A stretch of 64,000 nucleotides of DNA from Alphaproteobacteria bacterium (GTDB lineage Bacteria > Pseudomonadota > Alphaproteobacteria > Bin95): contig OZ219787.1 in the NCBI GenBank assembly GCA_964291285.2, forward strand, positions 2,145,666 through 2,209,665. The letters are read 5' to 3'. The notes under the pieces were generated by a model. That model searched no databases. It saw only the letters and a program-made list of their open reading frames with translations, and had not been told where the DNA came from. The translations under genes and the position numbers were made by a program. Of this stretch, positions 1 to 10,182 are shown piece after piece (the stretch's first letter is position 1; every line of letters starts with the position of its first letter).

Positions 1-2
1 TG

Positions 3-344
3 CAGGACCGCCAGAAGCTGGGACCGCTGCTCGAGAGTTTCGTGCATGGAGAGATCGCCAAGGCCATCGCCCTCTCGGACGAAGCGACGACCGTCACTCA
101 CTATCGCGACAAGGACGGCATGGAGGTCGATCTGGTTCTGGAGCGTTCGCCGGGCGCCGTTGTGGGAATCGAAGTCAAGGCGAGAGCAACAGCGCATCCC
201 CGGGATTTCAGGGGACTGCAACGCCTGAAGGAGACGACAGGCGACAGGTTCGCCTGCGGGATCGTCCTGCACGACGGCGAGCGCATTCAGCGAACGGGCC
301 CCGGGCTGTTTGCGATGCCCGTCAGGATGCTCTGGGAAGCCTGA
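3..344 (+). CDS. C-terminal part of AAA+ ATPase / DUF4143 protein (PD-(D/E)XK-like tail), 5' end outside window
   Basis: Frame open from window start: GPLLESFV..E, HYRDKDGMEVDLVLE, GIEVKA motifs typical of DUF4143 ATPases. Confidence 0.8.
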   Translation, partial: QDRQKLGPLLESFVHGEIAKAIALSDEATTVTHYRDKDGMEVDLVLERSPGAVVGIEVKARATAHPRDFRGLQRLKETTGDRFACGIVLHDGERIQRTGPGLFAMPVRMLWEA

Positions 345-382
345 GGGAAGGACGGTCCCGTTCCAACGCCCGCCGGCCCCCG

Positions 383-1381
383 TCACCCGTAGAGCACGGC
401 GCAGCGGACTTCGATGCTCCAGCGGTCGGGGGCGTCGGGCGGGGTTGCGGGGTCCTCGAAGGCGCTGTGGAAGCTGAAGGTGCAGGGCCCGTCCGCACCC
501 TCGGCATCGGCCCTGGCACCTTTGGAGCGCGCCAGTTCGCCCTCGGAGTCCCACTGCTTGATGAGCAGCGCCTCGTCGCGGGTCATGGCGGACCAGTAGA
601 TCCAGCGGTGACGCGGGTCGTGCTTGGCGAAATAGTTCTCGCCTATCCGGTCGCCGTAATGGATTTCGAACACGACCAGCTCCTCCGGGCGCACGCTCGC
701 GGCGTCGCAGAGCGCCAGCGGCCGGGTCGCTACCGGCTCGCGGGCGATGTTGCGCCAGACATTGATGATCGCGAAGCGCCCGCTCTCCACCGCCTCTTCC
801 ACCGCCTGCCCGTCCAGCAGAGTCGCGCCCTCGGGCAGCGCCGTGCGGTAGGTGTCGTTCAGGGTCGGCGGGCGGGCGAGGTCGCGGAGACGCTGCGGCG
901 CGCTGGTCAGCGTGTAGTCGCCATGCACCAGATGGGCCGGCCCCTGCACCTGCTGGCCGCCGGCGATGCGCTGCTGGCCGGACTTGCCGGTTGCGGAGCG
1001 GACATTGTGGTCGAAGGCGGCGACGGTCGCCGCCCCCGTCGCCGCCTGCACGATCCCGGCGCATTCCGGATAATAGGCGCGCACCACGGCCTCATGATCG
1101 AGAAAGTCGAGACCGGGGTCGGCCATCGGGCGCCGGAGCAACTCGAACCCGTTGGCGGCAAGCGTCGGCTGCGCCCCCGGTGCAAGGCCGCGCGCGTCGA
1201 GGATCGGCATTTCCTGCTCTTCCAGATCGACGCCCAGCCGGCCGCTGTCGCTGCCGTCGAGGTCGCGCCGGGTCAGGACCCTGCCGTTGCGGTAGAGAGA
1301 GGATTCCGCCGACGGCTGCATGTAGTGGAACACGCCGAGGCGCACAGTCTCCGGGGCCGCTTCTCTCGCTGCTTCGGTCAT
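383..1381 (-). CDS. CmcJ/NvfI/AsaB-family oxidoreductase
   Basis: FDHNVR, VHGDYT, INVWRNI, PLALCDA, HSAF, RWSIEVR motifs; ATG at 1381 chosen over upstream start. Confidence 0.75.
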   Translation of the reverse strand: MTEAAREAAPETVRLGVFHYMQPSAESSLYRNGRVLTRRDLDGSDSGRLGVDLEEQEMPILDARGLAPGAQPTLAANGFELLRRPMADPGLDFLDHEAVVRAYYPECAGIVQAATGAATVAAFDHNVRSATGKSGQQRIAGGQQVQGPAHLVHGDYTLTSAPQRLRDLARPPTLNDTYRTALPEGATLLDGQAVEEAVESGRFAIINVWRNIAREPVATRPLALCDAASVRPEELVVFEIHYGDRIGENYFAKHDPRHRWIYWSAMTRDEALLIKQWDSEGELARSKGARADAEGADGPCTFSFHSAFEDPATPPDAPDRWSIEVRCAVLYG

Positions 1382-1559
1382 TGCCGGTCTTCCGCTTCCT
1401 GACTGTCCATGAGGGCCGGGCGGCAACCCCGCCCGCCCTGTCGATACATAGCCCCTATCCGGCGAAAATCCTATCGTGGTCCGGACCGCCGGCCCGATGG
1501 CGGATTCGAGGCGAAAAACCGGCTTGTTCGAAATCTTTGAAATATTTCCCTTTTACATC

Positions 1560-1588
1560 TTGACAAATCAAAAATCTAACCCAATATG
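1560..1588 (+). promoter_or_regulatory. sigma70-type promoter
   Basis: TTGACA (1560-1565), 17-bp spacer, AATATG (1583-1588) in an AT-rich patch of a GC-rich genome. Confidence 0.55.
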
Positions 1589-1914
1589 GGGCGGAAGGAA
1601 GGAAGCGGCATTCGCGGGGCCGCTTCCTTCCCGTTTCGCGTTGGCGCCGGCGCGAAAAAAACCCCGAGAAACGGACGGGAGACGTGCGTCCTGCGCCTGC
1701 CCCGCGCGCGCGGGCAATCAGGCGCGCGAACCGCGCCGGCGGCGACGCACGCGGGCAGGCGGGCGCGATACGCGCGAAACAGGGTCCCGCCGCGCCGGGC
1801 GGGCCGGCGGCAGGGAGAACGGAACGGAACGCGATGGAGGAACGGCATGCGGGATACGGACAGGCGGCGACCGGGCGGACAGGATGGCCTCCCATCCCGG
1901 CCCGCGCCGGCGTC

Positions 1915-2050
1915 CCTCATCCTGAGTAGCGCCGGCCTTCGCCCTGCGAAGGCCGGCGCGTATCGAAGGACGGCTGCCAGCAGTTCGGGGCGGTCCTTCG
2001 ATACGCGCCGCTCCCGGCTGGCGCCGGAAGCGGCGCTACTCAGGATGAGG
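1915..2050. repeat. REP/RPE-like inverted-repeat pair
   Basis: CCTCATCCTGAGTAGCGCCG (1915-1934) is the reverse complement of 2031-2050; inner arms CGGCGCGTATCGAAGGAC / GTCCTTCGATACGCGCCG. Confidence 0.85.
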
Positions 2051-2095
2051 ATGAGGCAGGCAGGGGCCAAGGTGACGAGGAGGAGTGGAGCGGAC

Positions 2096-2152
2096 CATGA
2101 CAAAACATGACATTCCACCCCCGGAACATGACAAAACATGACCTTTCATGAC
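2096..2152. repeat. phased CATGAC direct repeats
   Basis: CATGAC at 2096, 2106, 2127, 2137, 2147. Confidence 0.85.
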
Positions 2153-2164
2153 ACTCCCGGCGTC

Positions 2165-3259
2165 TCAGCCGGCCGCCGGCGTCTCCTTGAGCCAGGCGAG
2201 CACGGCGGCGCATTCCTCGGTCGGGAAGGCGTGGGCGAGGTCCGGGAGCTCGCGGTATGTGACGACTGCGCCCCGGGCCGAGAAGGCGTCGCGGGCGGCG
2301 CGCGCGATGGCGACCGGGAACATCCAGTCGAGCGCGCCGTGCGCCAGGTAGATGGGCAGCCCCTGCAACCGCTCCGCGCCGATGAACTCCAGCAGCATGG
2401 GATGGAAGGTGCCGGCGAAGGGGGCCAGATGCGTCCAGGGGCCGTCCGACGGCAGGGCCGAGACATAGCTGAAGGTGGCGCCGTCGCTCATGCCGGTCAG
2501 CAGCAGCCGCGCCGGGTCGACCGCATGCCGCTCGCGGATTTCCGCAACGATCTCCAGCAGGCGCGGCGTGTCGCGGTCGTCGCCCATGAGCGCCCAGGTC
2601 CGGTCCGTCGAAGTCGGCGCGGCGAGGATCGCGCCGGCCGTGCGCGCGGCGCGGAGCCAGCTCCACAGGAACAGCCGCCCGTGGCCGCCGCCGCCGTGCA
2701 GCGCCACCACGAGCGGCGCGGGCGTTTCCGGGTCGAGGTCCTCCGGCACGAACAGCGACCAGCCGCCGCGCTCGCCGCGGCCGTTGCCGAAATGCGTGAC
2801 GCCCGCTTCCGGCCGGGAGGGCCGGGCAAGGCGCTCCAGGCGCTCCTCGTCGCCGCGCGCCGAAGGCTCCAGGAAGAACTTGCTGACCGGCGGCAGCATG
2901 GGCGCAAGCGGATAGAGATATTCCAGCGCCGGGGCGCGGGCGCGCGTGCCGCGCAGCGCCTCCTGCATGTCTCCCGTTCCGCCGGCCAACTCCATGCGCG
3001 CAAGCGCGTCGAGCGCGGTGTCGGCACTGCCGGAAAGCGCCTGCCGGGGACCGTTAAGCCGATCCGGCCAGGCGGCTTCCTCCAGCGCCGGGCGGGCATT
3101 GCGGAGAGCGCCGTCGAGCGGGGAGAGGATGGACCACAACCGCTCCAGCCCCTCCGGATGGAGGTTGCGGGCGGCGAATTCGAGGCCATCCAGCGCATTC
3201 AGGAGTGGCGGCAGGATGCCGGTTATCGCATCGACAAGGCGGTCGTTCTCGTCTGTCAT
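2165..3259 (-). CDS. phospholipase/carboxylesterase (alpha/beta hydrolase) with N-terminal helical extension
   Basis: ALHGGGG, GMSDG nucleophile elbow, HGALDWMF, terminal His (LAHAFP). Confidence 0.8.
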   Translation of the reverse strand: MTDENDRLVDAITGILPPLLNALDGLEFAARNLHPEGLERLWSILSPLDGALRNARPALEEAAWPDRLNGPRQALSGSADTALDALARMELAGGTGDMQEALRGTRARAPALEYLYPLAPMLPPVSKFFLEPSARGDEERLERLARPSRPEAGVTHFGNGRGERGGWSLFVPEDLDPETPAPLVVALHGGGGHGRLFLWSWLRAARTAGAILAAPTSTDRTWALMGDDRDTPRLLEIVAEIRERHAVDPARLLLTGMSDGATFSYVSALPSDGPWTHLAPFAGTFHPMLLEFIGAERLQGLPIYLAHGALDWMFPVAIARAARDAFSARGAVVTYRELPDLAHAFPTEECAAVLAWLKETPAAG

Positions 3260-3324
3260 GGACACGCAAGGTAGCATGGCGCCGACCGGGGCCGCGCCGG
3301 GCCGGAGAGAAACCGATTTCCGAC

Positions 3325-4593
3325 ATGCAGGTTGAGCGCTCCTCCCCGCCGCGCGGCGTGTTCGCGCCCTTCGCCGTGCGCAGCTTCCGGTTCCAGTGGC
3401 CCGGCGACCTTGCGACTTCGCTCGCCTTCGAGATGGAGACGCTGATCCTCAACTGGTTCGTGCTCGTCGCGACCGACTCGGTGATCCTCCAGACTTCCTT
3501 CGCCGCGCTCCAGTTCCTCGGCACCTTGCTGGCCCCGGCGATGGGCTCGCTGGCCGACCGGCTCGGCCGGCGCACCATGATCGCGGCGATGCGCGGCTTC
3601 TACCTCGTGCTCGCGGGCTGCCTCGCCGGGCTCGGGCTCGCGGACAGGCTCGACCCGGCCTCGGTGTTCGCCATCGCCGCGCTCGCCGGGCTGGTCCGCC
3701 CGTCCGACCTGGTGATGCGCAACGCGCTGGTCGGCGACACGATGGCCGACCGGCTGCTCGTGAACGCCATAGGGTTCTCGCGCATGGCGCAGGACCTGGC
3801 GCGCATCGGCGGCGCGCTGATCGGGGCAACGCTGTTCGAGTCGCTCGGCATCGGCCCTGCCTACCTTGTCGTCAGCGCCTTCTACCTTGCGGCCTTCGCG
3901 CTCAGCTTCGGCGTTGGCGGGCGGCGCGCGCGTCCGGGCGGCAGGGGCCCGTCCATGCTGGCGGAACTCAGGGTCGGCTTCCGGCATATCCGGCGCACGC
4001 CCGCGCTGATGGCGGCCATGTGGCTGGCCTTCCTCGTCAACTTCTGCGGCTTCCCCGTCTCCAGCGGGCTGATGCCCTATGCCGCGCGGGAGGTTTACGG
4101 GCTGGACGCCGCCGGCCTCTCGCACCTTCTCGCCAGCTATGCCGCCGGCGCGGGCGTCGGCTCCTTTGCGATGGCCGTGGGCGGCGGCCCGCGCCGGTCT
4201 CCGGTCGGCGCGGTGTTCGAGGGCGTCGCGCTCTGGTACCTGCTGCTCGCGGTCTTTTCGCAGATGAGCGTGAAATGGGCCGGCATGGCGGTGATGGCCA
4301 CTGTGGGGATCGTTCAGGGCATGGCGATGATCGGTCTCACCGCGTTCCTGCTCCGCCGCAGCAATCCGCGGCTCCGGGGCATGGTGATGGGGGTGCGCAT
4401 GCTCGCGGTTTACGGCATGGCCGTCGGGATCCCGCTCGGCGGCGTCCTGATCGAGACCGTCGGCTACCGGGCGACGGTGATGAGCTATGCGCTTGCGGGC
4501 CTCGCCGGCACGGCGCTGATCGCATTCCGCTGGCGCCGCGCCCTGTTCGGGGCGGAGGCGGCTGGACGGCGTTCGCGAATGGCGGCAGGCTGA
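3325..4593 (+). CDS. MFS transporter
   Basis: GSLADRLGRR motif A, about 12 hydrophobic segments. Confidence 0.85.
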   Translation: MQVERSSPPRGVFAPFAVRSFRFQWPGDLATSLAFEMETLILNWFVLVATDSVILQTSFAALQFLGTLLAPAMGSLADRLGRRTMIAAMRGFYLVLAGCLAGLGLADRLDPASVFAIAALAGLVRPSDLVMRNALVGDTMADRLLVNAIGFSRMAQDLARIGGALIGATLFESLGIGPAYLVVSAFYLAAFALSFGVGGRRARPGGRGPSMLAELRVGFRHIRRTPALMAAMWLAFLVNFCGFPVSSGLMPYAAREVYGLDAAGLSHLLASYAAGAGVGSFAMAVGGGPRRSPVGAVFEGVALWYLLLAVFSQMSVKWAGMAVMATVGIVQGMAMIGLTAFLLRRSNPRLRGMVMGVRMLAVYGMAVGIPLGGVLIETVGYRATVMSYALAGLAGTALIAFRWRRALFGAEAAGRRSRMAAG

Positions 4594-4625
4594 AAGACGG
4601 AAACCGGAGCCGGAAACCGAGAGAG

Positions 4626-5984
4626 ATGAGCCGCAAACCCGACCGCCAGATCGCCCTGGTCGCCTTTCTCCAGGCGCAGAATTGCTCGACCCTGCCCGCC
4701 GCCTGGCGCCACCCGGACGCGCGGCTGGACTTCATGTCGGCCGACTATTACCGCGACCTCGCCCGCCTGCTGGAGCACGGCAAGTTCGACATCGGCTTCT
4801 TCGACGACCGGCTCGCCATGCCGGACATGTTCGGCAAGGACCACGCGCACACGGTCGAGCACGGCATACGCTGCGTGAAGATGGACCCCATCGTCACCCT
4901 GATGGCGATGGGCATGGCGACGGAACGGCTCGGCCTCGGCGCCACCTGCTCGACGACCTATTACGACCCGTTCCATGTCGCGCGCATGTTCTCGACGCTC
5001 GACCTCATGTCCAGCGGACGCGCCGCCTGGAACGTCGTCACCTCCGTCAACGAGAACGAGGCGCTCAACATGGGGCGCGACGGCGTGACCGAGCACGACC
5101 TGCGCTACGACCGGGCGGACGAGTTCATGGAGGTGGTGCACGGCCACTGGGACGCCTGGGACGATGACGCGCTGGTGCTGGACCAGGACAACAACGTCTT
5201 CGCCGACCCGGACAAGGTCCACCGGCTCGACCATGAAGGGCCGTTCTTCAAGTCCCGCGGACCGTTCACCGTGCCGCGCTCGGCGCAGGGCCATCCGGTG
5301 GTCATCCAGGCGGGCCAGTCCGGGCGCGGGCGGCGTTTCGCGGCCCGCTGGGGCGAGCTCATCTTCGTGGCCTATCCGACCCTCGAAGCGGCGAAGCCCG
5401 CCTACAAGGCGCTGAAGGACGATTGCGCCGCGCACGGGCGGGACCCCGACGGCATGAAGATCGCAAGCCTCTTCTACCCGATGGTCGGCGAAAGCCTGAT
5501 GGAAGCCGAGGACAAGCGCGCGCTCTACGACACGCTGCCGAACGAAACCGACCAGCTCTCGCTGCTCTCGGAGGCGCTCAATTACGACTTCGCCAGGAAG
5601 GGCATGGACGAGCCGTTCAGCGACGAGGAAATGGAGGGCCTGACCGGCATGCAGTCCATGCGCGACCGCGCCGTGCAGGTGACCGGCAACCCGAACCCGA
5701 CGGTGCGCGACTTCATGACCGCCACGGGCCGCGGCCTGCTCAAGGACCCCTGGGTCGGCGGGCCGAAGGAGGTCGCGGACAGGATGGAGGAGTTCTTCGT
5801 CGAGCGCGGTTCGGACGGCTTCGTCATCGGCGCCACGCACTTCCACGGCTCTTTCGAGGACCTCATCAGGCATGTGGTGCCGGAGCTGCAGAAGCGCGGC
5901 CTCTACCGGAAGGATTACACCGGCCCCACGCTCCGCGACCATCTGGGCCTCGACTACCCCCGGCCGGGGCACTGGCGGCACTGA
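4626..5984 (+). CDS. LLM-class flavin-dependent monooxygenase (NtaA/SnaA/DszA family)
   Basis: AWRHP, LDLMSSGRAAWNVVTS, QAGQSGRGRRFAA, VVPELQKRGLYR...TLRDHLGL. Confidence 0.9.
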   Translation: MSRKPDRQIALVAFLQAQNCSTLPAAWRHPDARLDFMSADYYRDLARLLEHGKFDIGFFDDRLAMPDMFGKDHAHTVEHGIRCVKMDPIVTLMAMGMATERLGLGATCSTTYYDPFHVARMFSTLDLMSSGRAAWNVVTSVNENEALNMGRDGVTEHDLRYDRADEFMEVVHGHWDAWDDDALVLDQDNNVFADPDKVHRLDHEGPFFKSRGPFTVPRSAQGHPVVIQAGQSGRGRRFAARWGELIFVAYPTLEAAKPAYKALKDDCAAHGRDPDGMKIASLFYPMVGESLMEAEDKRALYDTLPNETDQLSLLSEALNYDFARKGMDEPFSDEEMEGLTGMQSMRDRAVQVTGNPNPTVRDFMTATGRGLLKDPWVGGPKEVADRMEEFFVERGSDGFVIGATHFHGSFEDLIRHVVPELQKRGLYRKDYTGPTLRDHLGLDYPRPGHWRH

Positions 5985-6035
5985 CGGCGGAGAGCCGCCG
6001 GACCGGGGGAGGCGAAGCGGGAGGCGCCGGCGGGC

Positions 6036-7145
6036 ATGGCGGAGAGGGTGGAATGCGTCGTCATCGGCGCGGGCGCGGTCGGGCTCGCCTGCGCGCGCCG
6101 CCTCGCCATGGCCGGGCTGGAGGTGGTGGTGCTGGAGGCCGCCGAGGCCATCGGCACCGAGACCAGTTCGCGCAACAGCGAGGTCATCCACGCCGGCATC
6201 TACTATCCCGCCGGCAGCTTCAAGGCGCGGGCCTGCGTCGAGGGCAAGCATTTCCTCTACGACTACTGCGCCGAACGCGGCCTGCCGCACAAGCGGATCG
6301 GCAAGCTGATCGTGGCGTCCGACGAGAGCCGCATCCCGGAGCTGGAGACGTTGCAGGCGCGCGCGGCGGCGAACGGCGTGCCCGACCTCGAACTGCTGAC
6401 CGGCGCGGAGGTGCGCGCGCTGGAGCCGGCGGTGAAGGCGGAGGCCGGGCTGCTCTCGCCCTCCACCGGCATTATCGACAGCCACGCGCTCATGCTGGCC
6501 TTCCAGGGCGATGCGGAGGAGGCAGGCGCGATGATCGCCTTCCATGCCCCGGTCGTCTGCGCCCGCGCGCTCGAAGACGGCGTCGAACTGGAGGTCGGCG
6601 GGGCGGAACCGATGACGCTCGCCGCCGGCCTCGTCGTCAACAGCGCCGGCCTCGCCGCGCCGGCCGTCGCGCGCCGGATCGAGGGCCTCGACGCAAGGCA
6701 CATCCCGCAGGCCCGGTTCGCCAAGGGCAACTATTTCTCGGTCGCCGGCCGCCAGCCCTTCCGCCGCCTCGTCTATCCGATGCCGGAGGCCTCCGTGCTG
6801 GGCGTGCATGTGACGCTCGATCTCGCGGGGCAATGCAAGTTCGGCCCGGACCTTGAATGGCTGGAGGAGCCCGAATACGACGTGGACCCGGCGCGCGCGG
6901 ACCGTTTCTACGACGCCGTGCGGCGCTACTATCCGGGGCTCGCGGACGGCGCGCTGCAACCGGCCTATGCCGGCATCCGGCCGAAGATTCACGGCCCCGG
7001 CGAGCCGCAGCCGGATTTCCTGCTCCAGGGGCCGGAGACGCACGGGGTTCCGGGCCTCGTCAACCTGTTCGGCATCGAGTCGCCCGGCCTCACCGCCTCT
7101 CCCGCCATCGCCGACGAGGTGGCCCGCCTGGCCGGAGCGCCGTGA
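6036..7145 (+). CDS. FAD-dependent oxidoreductase, L-2-hydroxyglutarate dehydrogenase-like
   Basis: [36 protein letters not shown]. Confidence 0.85.
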   Translation: MAERVECVVIGAGAVGLACARRLAMAGLEVVVLEAAEAIGTETSSRNSEVIHAGIYYPAGSFKARACVEGKHFLYDYCAERGLPHKRIGKLIVASDESRIPELETLQARAAANGVPDLELLTGAEVRALEPAVKAEAGLLSPSTGIIDSHALMLAFQGDAEEAGAMIAFHAPVVCARALEDGVELEVGGAEPMTLAAGLVVNSAGLAAPAVARRIEGLDARHIPQARFAKGNYFSVAGRQPFRRLVYPMPEASVLGVHVTLDLAGQCKFGPDLEWLEEPEYDVDPARADRFYDAVRRYYPGLADGALQPAYAGIRPKIHGPGEPQPDFLLQGPETHGVPGLVNLFGIESPGLTASPAIADEVARLAGAP

Positions 7146-8023
7146 CGCCGGCCGCGCCTGCCCCGGCATTGCGCGGCATCGGCTTCGCGGTGCTGGCGGG
7201 GGCCTGTTTCGTGTGCATGCAGGCCGCCGCCAAGGCCGGCACGGAGGCAGGCTATCCGGCGGTCCAGGTGGTCTGGGCGCGCTTCACCCTGCATCTGGCG
7301 GCGCTCGTTCTGCTGATGCCGCACCGGCTGGGCGCGCTCATCCGCACCGAACGCCCGGCCCTGCAGACCCTGCGCGGCGGCTTCCTCGTCGCCTCGACTG
7401 CCTGCTCCTTCGCGGCACTGGAGCTTCTGGCGCTGCCGGAGATGACCGTCATCACCTTCGTGGCACCTCTCTTCACCATGGCGCTCGCGGTGCTCTGGCT
7501 CCGGGAGCGCGTCGGCGTCAGGCGCTGGGCGGCCGCGCTCGTGGGCTTCGCCGCCGTCGCCATGGCCGCCGGGCCGGACGGGCTGACCGCGAATGCGGGC
7601 GTGCTGCTGGCGCTGGGCATGGCGCTGTTCTATGCGCTCTACCAGGTGGCGACGCGCGCGCTCCGCCACGCCGCCCCCGCGCCGGCCGCGCTCTTCTACG
7701 CGGCGCTCGCCGGCGCGGTTGCGACTTCGGCCGTCGCCCCCTTCTTCTGGCGCGCGCCGGACCTTGCCGGCTGGGGGCTGCTGGCGCTCCCCGCGCTGTT
7801 CGGCGCCATCGGGCAATATGTGTTGATCCGCGCCTACGAGACCGCCCCGGCGGGGCTGATCGCGCCTTTCATGTATGTCGAATTCGTCTGGTCGGTCGCG
7901 CTCGGGCTCGCGGTGTTCGGGTTCTTCCCCGATAGCTGGACCCTGGCGGCGGCGGTCATCATCATAGGCAGCGGCCTCTATATCCGGCACCGGGAGCGAA
8001 GCGCGCCATGCAGTTCGGACTGA
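7142..8023 (+). CDS. DMT/EamA family transporter
   Basis: GTG overlaps upstream TGA; two EamA-like hydrophobic repeats, [10 protein letters not shown]. Confidence 0.85.
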   Translation: MTPAAPAPALRGIGFAVLAGACFVCMQAAAKAGTEAGYPAVQVVWARFTLHLAALVLLMPHRLGALIRTERPALQTLRGGFLVASTACSFAALELLALPEMTVITFVAPLFTMALAVLWLRERVGVRRWAAALVGFAAVAMAAGPDGLTANAGVLLALGMALFYALYQVATRALRHAAPAPAALFYAALAGAVATSAVAPFFWRAPDLAGWGLLALPALFGAIGQYVLIRAYETAPAGLIAPFMYVEFVWSVALGLAVFGFFPDSWTLAAAVIIIGSGLYIRHRERSAPCSSD

Positions 8024-9171
8024 CCGAAGACCAGACCGCCCTCAAGGAAGCTGCCGGGCGCTTCGCCCGCGAAGTGCTGCTGCCCGGCTACCGCAAGCGC
8101 GAGGACGACGCCGCGATGGGCGCCGAGCTCATCCGCGAGATGGGCCGCCTCGGCCTCATCGCACCCTCGCTGCCGGAACGCTACGGAGGCATGGGCCTCG
8201 ACGGCGTGACCGCCGGCCTGCTGATCGAGGAGATCGCCTATGGCGACCTCAATGTGAGCTATGTGCCGCTGCTCTCCTCCCTCAGCGCCGACATCCTCGC
8301 CCGCCACGGCGACGAGGCGCTGGCGGCGGCGCGGTTGCCGGCCATCGCCGAGGGCCGCGAGACGATCGCGCTCGGGCTGACCGAGCCGCGCGGCGGGTCC
8401 GACGCGGCCAACCTGCAACTGCGCGCCCGGCGCGACGGCGGCGACTGGGTGATCGACGGCGAGAAGGCCTCGATCTCCATGGCGGCCCATGCCGACAGTG
8501 TGCTCGCCATGGCGCGCACCGATCCCGACCGGCCGGGCGCGCGCGGCGTGACCGCATTCCTGATCGACCTCGATGCGCCCGGCGTCTCGCGCTCGGCCTA
8601 TGACGACCTGGGCTCGCTCGCGGTCGGGCGGGGCTCCATCTGGTTCGACGGCGTGCGCGTGCCGGACCGCAACCGCGTCGGCCCCGAGGGGGCGGGCTTC
8701 ACCCAGACCATGCAGGGCTTCGACTATTCGCGAACCCTGATCGGCCTGCAATGTCTCGGCCCCGCCCGCGCCTCGCTCGACGAGACCTGGCCCTACACGC
8801 TGGAGCGCGAGGCCTTCGGCCGCCCGATCGCCGAGTTCCAGGGGGTTACCTTTCCGCTCGCCGAATACGACACCCAGGTCGAGGGCTGCCGGCTGCTCTG
8901 CTACCGCACGCTATGGCTGCGCGACCAGGGGATGCCGCACACCAAGGAGGCGGCGATGTGCAAATGGTGGGCGCCGAAGCTCTCCGTGGACACCATCCAC
9001 CAGTGCCTGCTGACGCACGGCCATCTCGGCTACAGCCGCGACCTGCCGCACCAGCAGCGCCTGCGCGACGTGATGGGCCTCGAGATCGGCGACGGCACGG
9101 CGCAGATCTCCAAGATGGTGATCGCGCGCGAGACCGTCGGGCGCGCCGCCGTGCAATACGCGCGGCGGTGA
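8008..9171 (+). CDS. acyl-CoA dehydrogenase, cyclohexanecarboxyl-CoA dehydrogenase-like
   Basis: LTEPRGGSDAA, GEKASIS, QGFDYSR, GLEIGDGTAQI. Confidence 0.85.
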   Translation: MQFGLTEDQTALKEAAGRFAREVLLPGYRKREDDAAMGAELIREMGRLGLIAPSLPERYGGMGLDGVTAGLLIEEIAYGDLNVSYVPLLSSLSADILARHGDEALAAARLPAIAEGRETIALGLTEPRGGSDAANLQLRARRDGGDWVIDGEKASISMAAHADSVLAMARTDPDRPGARGVTAFLIDLDAPGVSRSAYDDLGSLAVGRGSIWFDGVRVPDRNRVGPEGAGFTQTMQGFDYSRTLIGLQCLGPARASLDETWPYTLEREAFGRPIAEFQGVTFPLAEYDTQVEGCRLLCYRTLWLRDQGMPHTKEAAMCKWWAPKLSVDTIHQCLLTHGHLGYSRDLPHQQRLRDVMGLEIGDGTAQISKMVIARETVGRAAVQYARR

Positions 9172-9174
9172 CGC

Positions 9175-10182
9175 TCAGCCCTTCCGGCCCGAGACGCGGA
9201 CGAGGATACCGGGCAGGAAGTCCTCCACGGCGATGTCGCGGAAGCCGGCGGCCTCGAGATAGCCGGCCACTTCCTCGCTCGAATGGGCAAGGCCGGTGGA
9301 GGCGTGGAGCGTTTGCGCAAGGCCCCAGAGCGCGGCATCCGCAGGCCCGGACCGGTCCGGCGCCAGCGCCTCGCCGATCAGGTGGAACGCGCCGCCGGGC
9401 AGCAGCGCGTCATGGGTCTTCTTCACCACCCATGCGATCTGCCAGCGCCCGTACATCGGCAGGTTCGACGCCATGACGGCGAGGTCGCAGCCGGTCGGGA
9501 AATCGTCCTTGTTGAAGTCGCAGGGCACGGCCTCGATGCGGTCCGACAGGCCGGCCTCGTCGATATAGCCGCGCGCGACCTCGCAGACCGCCGGCAGGTC
9601 GAGCACCGCCGCCCTGAGTTCCGGGTTCGCCCGGCAGGCCGCGATGCACCAGGCGCCGGAGCCGCCGCCGATATCCATCATGCGGGTGCTGCCGGTGAGG
9701 TCGGTCGTGCGGGCGAAGTGCCGGCCGGCGCCCGCGCCCACGGACCGGGTCGCCTCATGGTAGCGCCTGGCCTCTTCCACCGTGATGTCGGCGACGGAAG
9801 CGTTCTCCTCCAGCGGCGGGCCCGGCCGGCGCAGATGGTCCGCAAGCCGGCCCCACTCGTTCCAGTCCGGCCTGGTGAAAAACATCCAGGGCGCGGCGTA
9901 GTGGCGCGAGTCGGCGACCAGAAAGCGCTCCACGTCCGGCGCGTTGACCAACCTGCCGCCCTCGCGGCTGATCAGGCCGAGCCCGAGGCAGGCGACGATA
10001 ATCCGCTCGCCGTTGGGCGGCTCAAGGCCGAGCGCGGCGGCAAGCGTCTCTTCGGTGTCGGCGCCGCGCGCGATCTCGGTGAACAGGCCGAGTTCGACGG
10101 CGGCCAGCAGCGCCCCGCTCTCCCGGTAAGCGCGGGCGAGGCGTTGCAGGCGGACCGTGTCGGGCCGCGCGCCCTCAGCCAT
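9175..10182 (-). CDS. SAM-dependent O-methyltransferase with dimerisation domain
   Basis: N-terminal AVELGLF winged helix; MDIGGGSG, VLDLP motifs. Confidence 0.85.
   Translation of the reverse strand: MAEGARPDTVRLQRLARAYRESGALLAAVELGLFTEIARGADTEETLAAALGLEPPNGERIIVACLGLGLISREGGRLVNAPDVERFLVADSRHYAAPWMFFTRPDWNEWGRLADHLRRPGPPLEENASVADITVEEARRYHEATRSVGAGAGRHFARTTDLTGSTRMMDIGGGSGAWCIAACRANPELRAAVLDLPAVCEVARGYIDEAGLSDRIEAVPCDFNKDDFPTGCDLAVMASNLPMYGRWQIAWVVKKTHDALLPGGAFHLIGEALAPDRSGPADAALWGLAQTLHASTGLAHSSEEVAGYLEAAGFRDIAVEDFLPGILVRVSGRKG

Noticed and set aside
1455-2139. Overlapping 146-187 aa ORFs in the non-coding element
   Set aside because: Arg/Ala/Pro-rich translations of GC-rich palindromic DNA with no recognisable motif
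2096-2152. CRISPR-like array
   Set aside because: Repeats are only 6-16 bp with no unique 25-40 bp spacers, and no cas genes are in the window
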